Assembly: GCA_050251715.1 (NCBI GenBank)
Contig: JBFWMG010000005.1
Coordinates: 139,766 to 203,765 of the forward strand
DNA length: 64,000 nt
Source of the DNA: Desulfovibrionaceae bacterium
GTDB lineage: Bacteria > Desulfobacterota > Desulfovibrionia > Desulfovibrionales > Desulfovibrionaceae
Direction: 5' to 3'
A program made the position numbers and the translations under genes. Shown here piece after piece: positions 57,621 to 64,000 of the stretch. The stretch's first letter is position 1. Each line of letters starts with the position of its first letter. The notes under the pieces are model-generated. The model saw only the letters and a program-made list of their open reading frames with translations. It made no database searches and was not told the origin of the DNA.

Positions 57621-59447
57621 TTACGCCTGGCCGTCCTTCACGCCCTCGCGCAGCTTGATGCCGAGTTCGCGCAATTGCTTGGGCGCCACGGTATCGGGCG
57701 CTTCGGTCATCAGACAGGTCGCCTTCTGGGTCTTGGGGAAGGCGATCACGTCGCGGATGGACTTGGACCTGGTGAGCAGCATGATGAGCCGGTCAAAGCC
57801 AAAGGCGATGCCGCCGTGGGGCGGCGCGCCGAATTCGAGCGCCTGGAGCAGGAACCCGAACTTGGCCTTGGCCTCTTCCTCGTCAATGCCCAGCGCGCTG
57901 AACATGGCCTGCTGCACCTCCTGGGTGTGGATGCGGATGGAACCGCCGCCCAGCTCGGTGCCGTTGAGCACCATGTCGTAGGCCTTGGCCCTGGCCTTGG
58001 CCGGTTCGGTGCGCATGAGTTCCAAATGGCCGTCCTGGGGCGAGGTGAAGGGATGGTGGCAGGCGGCGAACCGCTTTTCCTCGGGGTCGTACTCGAAAAG
58101 GGGGAAATCGGTGACCCAGAGGAAATTGAACTGATTTTCGTCAATAAGGCCAAACCGTTCGCCCAGCTGGAGGCGCAGATAGCCCAGGGCGTTGTTCACC
58201 ATGTCCGGCGCGCCGGCCTGGAAAAACACGATGTCGCCCACTTCGAGGCCCAGGCGCTCCTGCAAACCCTTGCGCTCGTCGTCGCTCAGGAACTTGGCAA
58301 AAGGCGACTGCCATTCGTCTTCCTTGATCTTGATCCAGGCCAACCCCTGCGCGCCGTAGATCTTCACGAACTCGGTAAAATCGTCGATCTCCTTGCGGGA
58401 CAGCTCGCCGCCGCCGGGCACGCGCAAGCCCTTGACCAACTCGGCCTTGGCAAAGACCCGGAAACCACTGTCGCGCACGATGTCGGTCACGTCGGTGAGC
58501 AGCAGGTCGAAACGGGTGTCCGGCTTGTCCAGGCCGTACCTGGCGATGGCCGTGTCATAGCCCATGCGCGGGAAGGGGGTGGCCACGTCGCGCCCAAGGG
58601 TTTTCTTGAAGATGCTGGCGATAAGCCCTTCGCCCATGGCCATGATCCGCTCCTGGTCGACAAAGGAGAGCTCCATGTCGATCTGGGTGAACTCGGGCTG
58701 GCGGTCGGCGCGCAGATCCTCGTCGCGAAAACACTTGACGATCTGGTAGTACCGCTCAAGGCCGGAGACCATGAGCAGCTGCTTGAAAAGCTGCGGCGAC
58801 TGCGGCAGCGCGTAGAACGTGCCCTGGTTCACCCGGCTGGGCACCAGGAAATCGCGCGCGCCCTCGGGCGTGCTCTTGGTCAGGATAGGGGTCTCGATCT
58901 CCAGAAAGCCGTTGTCGTCCAAAAAGGTGCGGGCAGCCTGGGCGGCCTTGTGGCGCAGCACGAAGTTGGCGGCCAGCTTGGGACGGCGCAGGTCGAGATA
59001 GCGGTATTGCAGCCGCAGGTTCTCGGCCGCGTCGATGCGGTCCTGGATGAGGAACGGCGTGGTCTTGGAGGTGTTGAGCAGCTTCCATTCGGTGACGTAC
59101 ACCTCGATCTCGCCGGTACGCATGTTGGGATTGACCATGCCGTCGGGCCGCGCACGCACCTCGCCCTTGATGGCGATGACGTATTCCGTGCGCAGCACAT
59201 GGGCAAGCTCGTGCGCCGAAGGGCTCTCGTCAGGGCTGAACACCACCTGGGTAAGCCCGGCGCGGTCGCGCAGGTCGATGAAGATGAGGCCGCCGTGGTC
59301 GCGGCGGAACTGCACCCAGCCCATGAGGCAGACGGCGTCCCCCACGTTGGCCGCGTTCAGGGTCGCGCAATCGTGGCTGCGTTGCCAGTCACCCAGGGGA
59401 ACAATGTGCTGCTGATGTTGCGCTTGCACGTCACCAAATTCTTCCAT
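57621..59447 (-). CDS. aspS: aspartate--tRNA ligase
   Basis: 608 aa from the ATG at 59447. It has the OB anticodon-binding N-domain ([19 protein letters not shown]) and class II motifs ([34 protein letters not shown]). Confidence 0.95.
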   Translation of the reverse strand: MEEFGDVQAQHQQHIVPLGDWQRSHDCATLNAANVGDAVCLMGWVQFRRDHGGLIFIDLRDRAGLTQVVFSPDESPSAHELAHVLRTEYVIAIKGEVRARPDGMVNPNMRTGEIEVYVTEWKLLNTSKTTPFLIQDRIDAAENLRLQYRYLDLRRPKLAANFVLRHKAAQAARTFLDDNGFLEIETPILTKSTPEGARDFLVPSRVNQGTFYALPQSPQLFKQLLMVSGLERYYQIVKCFRDEDLRADRQPEFTQIDMELSFVDQERIMAMGEGLIASIFKKTLGRDVATPFPRMGYDTAIARYGLDKPDTRFDLLLTDVTDIVRDSGFRVFAKAELVKGLRVPGGGELSRKEIDDFTEFVKIYGAQGLAWIKIKEDEWQSPFAKFLSDDERKGLQERLGLEVGDIVFFQAGAPDMVNNALGYLRLQLGERFGLIDENQFNFLWVTDFPLFEYDPEEKRFAACHHPFTSPQDGHLELMRTEPAKARAKAYDMVLNGTELGGGSIRIHTQEVQQAMFSALGIDEEEAKAKFGFLLQALEFGAPPHGGIAFGFDRLIMLLTRSKSIRDVIAFPKTQKATCLMTEAPDTVAPKQLRELGIKLREGVKDGQA

Positions 59448-59460
59448 GGCCGTTTTCCTT

Positions 59461-60717
59461 TTATTTGGCACGGATGGCGGCAGCCAGTCCGTTGTGGTCG
59501 TTCAGGGGCAGGGCGACTTGCTCACCCGACTCCATGTGTTTGGCAATGATCTGTCCAGCCGCCAGTTCGCTGCCGCCCAGCAGCAGGCAATGGCGCGCGC
59601 CCAGCCGGTTGGCGGCGCGCATGTGGCTCTTGAGGCTGCGGGCGTTGTAGGCCGCCTCGCCTTCCAGCCCGGCGGCACGCAATTGCTGGGCCAGCGCCAT
59701 GCCGGTTTCCAGCCCGGCGGCGTCGATGACCGCCATATAGAAATCCAGGGTCTTGGCCGGGCGCGGCGGCAACAGCAGGGCCAGGCGCTCCATGCCGCAG
59801 GCGAATCCCGTGGCGGGCACGTCCGGGCCGCCCAGCTGCTTGATGAGCCCGTCATACCGCCCGCCACCCGCCACGGCGGTCTGCGCCCCAATATTGCCCG
59901 ACACCACCTCGAAGGTGGTACGGATGTAATAGTCAAGGCCGCGCACCAGGCGGGGATTGAGGGTGTAGGGCAGGCCGCAGCGGTCCAGCACGTCCTTGAC
60001 CGTGGCGAAATGGTCCTGGCACCCCGCGCACAAGGTGTCCGTGATCCTGGGCGCGTCCTTGGTCAACTCCTTGCACGCGGGCACCTTGCAGTCCAGCACG
60101 CGCAACGGATTGGTATCCATGCGGCGGCGGCAGTCCTCGCACAGGGCGTCGCGGTCAATGCCCTGGAAAAAGACGCGCAAGGCATCGTGATAATGCGGCC
60201 GGCATTCGCGGCACCCCAGGGAATTCAACTCCAGGCCCAGCTCGGCCAGGCCCAGCTCGCCCAGAAACGCCCACAGCATGAGAATGAGCTCGGCGTCGGC
60301 ATGCGGCTCGTCCGCGCCGATGATCTCGGCGTCGATCTGGTGGAACTGGCGCATGCGCCCCTTCTGGGGCCGCTCGTAGCGGAACATGGGGCCAAAGGTG
60401 AACAGCTTGGAGGTCTGCCCCTCGGCGTGGCGCTTGTTCTCGATGAACGCACGCAAAATGCCCGCCGTGGCCTCGGGCCGCATGGTCAGCGAACGGTCCT
60501 TGCGGTCCGGGAAGGTGTACATCTCCTTCTGCACCACGTCGGTTTCCTCGCCGATGGAGCGGGCAAACAGCTCGGTCTTTTCCAGGATGGGCACCCGGAC
60601 CTCATCGTAGCCGTAGCGGCCGAACACGCGCCGCGCCGTGGCCTCCAGAAAGGTCATGGCGTCGCTGTCAGGCGAAAAGAGGTCGGCAAACCCTTTGATT
60701 TTGGTAATGTTGCTCAT
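59461..60717 (-). CDS. hisS: histidine--tRNA ligase
   Basis: 418 aa from the ATG at 60717. KGFADLF, the class II motifs ([25 protein letters not shown]) and the C-terminal anticodon-binding domain are present. Confidence 0.95.
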   Translation of the reverse strand: MSNITKIKGFADLFSPDSDAMTFLEATARRVFGRYGYDEVRVPILEKTELFARSIGEETDVVQKEMYTFPDRKDRSLTMRPEATAGILRAFIENKRHAEGQTSKLFTFGPMFRYERPQKGRMRQFHQIDAEIIGADEPHADAELILMLWAFLGELGLAELGLELNSLGCRECRPHYHDALRVFFQGIDRDALCEDCRRRMDTNPLRVLDCKVPACKELTKDAPRITDTLCAGCQDHFATVKDVLDRCGLPYTLNPRLVRGLDYYIRTTFEVVSGNIGAQTAVAGGGRYDGLIKQLGGPDVPATGFACGMERLALLLPPRPAKTLDFYMAVIDAAGLETGMALAQQLRAAGLEGEAAYNARSLKSHMRAANRLGARHCLLLGGSELAAGQIIAKHMESGEQVALPLNDHNGLAAAIRAK

Positions 60718-60830
60718 GATCCAATTTCGATATTTGGGGAATTTCCGGCGCGGAAGCACGCCGCCGAAGCGGTTCTGCATAGGACATTGAAGGGACAATG
60801 TCAAAACAGGGTAGACGCGGGGAAAAGGAG

Positions 60831-61275
60831 GGAAACGACGGAAGATTTCGCGCTGCGCGCGACCAGGCTACGCGCATCTCTGCTCTCGATATCCGTAAGG
60901 TTCGCTTTGCTCACCTAACGGCTAGTCGGCTGGACTGCGGCAGCGCAACGGCGCTGCACCCGTTTAGGCGGATGAGAACGCGGGGAAGGCTGGCGTGACG
61001 GCGCGATGAGAGAGTGAGAGAGGACGGCGTGGTCGGCAGGCGCGGTTGGCCCTCAGTCCAGACTTGGCAAAGAAAAGGTGGGGTTCGGCGGGATGGGAAA
61101 ACGATCTCCCATCCCGCCGAACCCCACCTTCACGTTATCAATTCCGCACTGCCCCCCATGGGGGGTAGCGACCCCTGCGAGGCTCCGCCCCATACCCCGG
61201 CCCGTGCTGGCGCAGAGAGTGGGGGAAAGAACAAAGCAAAAGAAAGGTTGTTTTGAGGCTGTGCACTCACTATGC
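60831..61275 (+). repeat. left arm of ~855-bp imperfect palindrome (structured non-coding element, copy 1)
   Basis: Aligns with the reverse complement of 61276-61685. Shared blocks are GAAGATTTCGCGCT, CTGCACCCG..TAGGCGGATGAG, GCGCGATGAG, CCTCAGTCCA and ACTGCCCCCAT. It contains a perfect 24-bp-stem hairpin at 61075-61130. Confidence 0.8.
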
Positions 61276-61685
61276 GCATGGCAGAAGCGGGTCAACCGCG
61301 TTTTCAGAACTCCTTCCATCTATCCCGTGTGCCTTGCCGACCCGTTTTCTCCCCCTCCCCCATACAACCGGGAACCGGGGTTTGGGGCGTAGCCCCAATG
61401 GGGGCAGTTCACCATTGATGAAAAGGGGTTTCGGGGCAGCGGGAGGTCGTTTTCCCGCTGCCCCGAAACCCCTTTTTCTTCAAGAGTGGACTGAGGCGCA
61501 CGCACGCCTTCCGCTACCACACCACCGCCACCCTCACCTTCACCTCTTCCCAACCTCATCGCGCCGCAACGTCTGCCCTGCCCGTAACCTCATCCGCCTA
61601 CTCGGGTGCAGGGGCGTGCCCCTGCCGAGGTCCAGGGCGAGCAGCCCTGGTCGCGCGCCAGCGCGAAATCTTCACGCCGTTTCTG
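61276..61685 (-). repeat. right arm of ~855-bp imperfect palindrome (structured non-coding element, copy 2)
   Basis: Mirror copy of the left arm. It contains a perfect 24-bp-stem hairpin at 61421-61476 followed by TTTTTCTT. The symmetry centre is the 8-bp palindrome ATGCGCAT at 61272-61279. Confidence 0.8.
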
Positions 61686-61702
61686 CCAGCCCTACCGAAT
61701 CG

Positions 61703-62437
61703 CTACGACGTTTCGGCAGCCGCGTCGAACGCCAGTAGCGGCGTCAGTGGTTTGCCGCCCACCAGGTCGATGCGCACGGCGCCGTAGGCGCCCACGAGGC
61801 CGAAGCACCAGGGTGCGTTGATCCAGTTCCAGGGCGGGCGGTCGCGCCAGGTCCATTTGGGGCCGGGCAGGGTGGTCTTGAAGGAGGTGGGCAGGGTGCC
61901 GAGCGCCTGGGTGATGAGCCGCCGCATGGCGCATGGCGTGTACCAGCGCGCCGAGCGCATCATGCCCCGCCGCAGCAGGGGCAGGCGCATGCCGTTGCCC
62001 ACGTAGTAGCAGGAGTTGCGGTTCAGGAAGGAGACGAGGATGCCTTTGCGGGTGACGCGGCGTGCTTCTTCGAGCACGCGCACCGGGTCGTCCACGTATT
62101 CCAGCACGGTGAGCAGGGCGGTGTAGTCGAATTCGTTGTCGTCAAAGGGCAGGCAGTCGGCATGGCCCACATGCAATCCGGCGCGGTCGCCCATGCGTTC
62201 CCTGGCCGAGCGGATCATGGCCTGGGACTGGTCGATGCCGGTCACGTCAAAGCCGGATTCCCAAAACGTCTCCAGAAAAAGGCCGGAGCCGCACCCTATT
62301 TCAAGGAATCGCTGGTCCCGCCTGGGCCATTCGGCCACCAACCGCTCCAGCAGGGTCCGTTCGCGCGTGAAGGCAAAGCGTCCCGTAGGCGTGGTGTACC
62401 ACGCCTCATAGCGTCGTATGGCCGTTTCGTCCCACAC
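61703..62437 (-). CDS. class I SAM-dependent methyltransferase
   Basis: 244 aa with a GTG start after GAGGAG. The SAM motif is LEIGCGSGLF, with the downstream motif VTRKGILV. Confidence 0.8.
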   Translation of the reverse strand: MWDETAIRRYEAWYTTPTGRFAFTRERTLLERLVAEWPRRDQRFLEIGCGSGLFLETFWESGFDVTGIDQSQAMIRSARERMGDRAGLHVGHADCLPFDDNEFDYTALLTVLEYVDDPVRVLEEARRVTRKGILVSFLNRNSCYYVGNGMRLPLLRRGMMRSARWYTPCAMRRLITQALGTLPTSFKTTLPGPKWTWRDRPPWNWINAPWCFGLVGAYGAVRIDLVGGKPLTPLLAFDAAAETS

Positions 62438-62549
62438 AGCGACTCCTCATGGCTCACGCCCGACCCGTCGCCCAACGCCCCTTTGACGGTTTCATGCGCA
62501 TGCGCACGGTCCGGGCCAGGACATTGTCCGGCCCGGACCGGCAAAAGCG

Positions 62550-64000
62550 TTATTCGTCCTTGAACACCGCGCCCGTGGCGGACGAGGTGACCATGCGGCT
62601 GTAGCGCCGCAGCACGGACGCCTCGACCGGGCGGGTCTGGGGCACGTGGCCCTTGGCCCGCGCGGCCATTTCGTCCTCGGCCACCAGCAGGTTCAGGGCG
62701 CGGGCCGGGATATCGACCTCGATGAGATCGCCTTCGCGCACCAGGCCGATGGGGCCGCCCTCGGCCGCCTCGGGCGACACGTGGCCAATGGCCGCGCCGC
62801 GCGAGCCGCCGGAAAAGCGGCCGTCGGTGATGAGCGCCACGTCCGCGCCCAGGCCCATGCCCACGATGGCCGAGGTGGGCGACAGCATCTCGCGCATGCC
62901 CGGGCCGCCCTTGGGTCCCTCGTAGCGGATGATGATGACGTCGCCCTTGGCGATCTTGCCGGACAGGATGGCGGCGATGGCGTCTTCTTCACAGTCGAAG
63001 ACGCGGGCCGGGCCGGTGCGCACCATCATTTCCGGCGCCACGGCGGACTGCTTGACCACCGCGCCGCCCGGGGCCAGGGTGCCGCGCAGGATGGCGATGC
63101 CGCCCTGGTGCGAGTAGGGCGCGTCCATGGGCCGGATGACGGTGGCGTCCTTGACCGACGCCTTGCCCTCGGCCAGGTTCTCGCCCACGGTCTTGCCCGT
63201 GGCGGTCATGGCGTCGGTGTGGATGTGGCCGCCCGTGGCGAGCTGGGCCATGACCGCCGGGATGCCGCCCGCGCGGTGCAGGTCTTCGATGTGGTGGTGG
63301 CCCGCCGGAGACAGCTTGCACAGGTTGGGCGTCTTGGCGCTGACCTCGTTGAAGATGTCGAGGGACAGGGGGAGCCCTGCCTCGCCGAACAGCGCGGGCA
63401 GGTGCAGCACGGTATTGGTGGAGCACCCCAGCGCCATGTCCACGGCCACGGCGTTGGCCACGGCCTTTTCGGTCACGATGTCGCGGGGCCGGATGTTCCT
63501 TTCGAGCAGTTGCATGACCTGCATGCCCGCGTGCTTGGCCAGGCGGACGCGCGCAGCGGTGGGCGCGGGAATGGTGCCGTTGCCGGGCAGGGCCAGGCCA
63601 ATGGTCTCGGACAGGCAGTTCATGGAATTGGCGGTGAACATGCCGGAGCAGGAGCCGCAGCCGGGGCAGGCGCCCTCGGCCATTTCCTCCAGCTCCTCCT
63701 CGCTCATCTCGCCCTTGCTCACGCGGCCCACGGCCTCGAACACGGTGATGAGGTCGGAGGCCTCGCCCTTGTGTGCGCCCGCGTACATGGGGCCGCCGCT
63801 GACCAGGATGGCCGGTATGTTGAGCCGCAGCATGGCCATGAGCATGCCGGGCACGGTCTTGTCGCAGTTGGGGATCAGCACCAGGGCGTCAAAGGGATGC
63901 GCCCGGGCCATGATCTCGATGGAATCCGCCACGAGCTCGCGGCTGGGCAGGGAAAAGCGCATGCCCTCGTGGCCCATGGCGATGCCGTCGCACACGGCGA
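62550..64000 (-). CDS. ilvD: dihydroxy-acid dehydratase (partial; N-terminus lies beyond the window end)
   Basis: [46 protein letters not shown] and the C-terminal region are canonical IlvD. The ORF is still open at the window edge. Confidence 0.95.
   Translation of the reverse strand, partial: AVCDGIAMGHEGMRFSLPSRELVADSIEIMARAHPFDALVLIPNCDKTVPGMLMAMLRLNIPAILVSGGPMYAGAHKGEASDLITVFEAVGRVSKGEMSEEELEEMAEGACPGCGSCSGMFTANSMNCLSETIGLALPGNGTIPAPTAARVRLAKHAGMQVMQLLERNIRPRDIVTEKAVANAVAVDMALGCSTNTVLHLPALFGEAGLPLSLDIFNEVSAKTPNLCKLSPAGHHHIEDLHRAGGIPAVMAQLATGGHIHTDAMTATGKTVGENLAEGKASVKDATVIRPMDAPYSHQGGIAILRGTLAPGGAVVKQSAVAPEMMVRTGPARVFDCEEDAIAAILSGKIAKGDVIIIRYEGPKGGPGMREMLSPTSAIVGMGLGADVALITDGRFSGGSRGAAIGHVSPEAAEGGPIGLVREGDLIEVDIPARALNLLVAEDEMAARAKGHVPQTRPVEASVLRRYSRMVTSSATGAVFKDE

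Noticed and set aside
61272-61418. 48-aa ORF running from the palindrome centre to just before the right-arm hairpin, plus the 79-88-aa track ORFs in the same spacer
   Set aside because: The mirror-image arm does not encode a similar peptide, because the frames differ and the conserved features are stems. The RBS is weak. The region is therefore treated as non-coding.

Overview
High-GC window (about 65% by eye) with gene content typical of Desulfovibrionaceae; the taxon is an inference from gene families, not a search. It is mostly densely packed core genes. Metabolism: tkt, pgk, pgi, aroE, ilvD, an aminotransferase and a 4-subunit 2-oxoacid:ferredoxin oxidoreductase. Translation and RNA modification: def-fmt-DUF116-rsmB, aspS, hisS, queA, rlmB and a second RsmB/F-like methyltransferase. 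Envelope and lipid: cls, a PLC-like protein, mltD, hldE and a UDP-glucuronate epimerase-like enzyme. Transport: azlCD, a CLC channel and TRAP dctPQM. Segregation: parA and parB with two near-consensus parS sites. Signalling: a FIST / PAS-kinase / PilZ / EAL-HDOD cluster and an NtrC-type two-component operon. No rRNA, tRNA, CRISPR array, transposase, integrase or recognisable defence genes were seen. The unusual signals are mostly non-coding. (1) An ~855-bp imperfect palindrome upstream of hisS (60831-61685) is made of two diverged inverted copies of a ~430-bp element whose hairpins are kept by compensatory changes. (2) A ~103-bp AT-rich, hairpin-rich, MITE-like repeat has three copies, two of which bracket the two-component operon in inverted orientation. 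(3) A ~1.1-kb C-rich, G-poor region without a gene lies between convergent genes (52871-53965). (4) parA and parB are split by an oppositely oriented Cys-rich gene. (5) A DhnA-family aldolase homologue appears to carry Cys at the Schiff-base lysine position. Many long ORFs in the supplied track are shadow ORFs of real genes, which is usual in high-GC DNA, and were not called. Several start codons were moved downstream to RBS-supported ATG or GTG codons.
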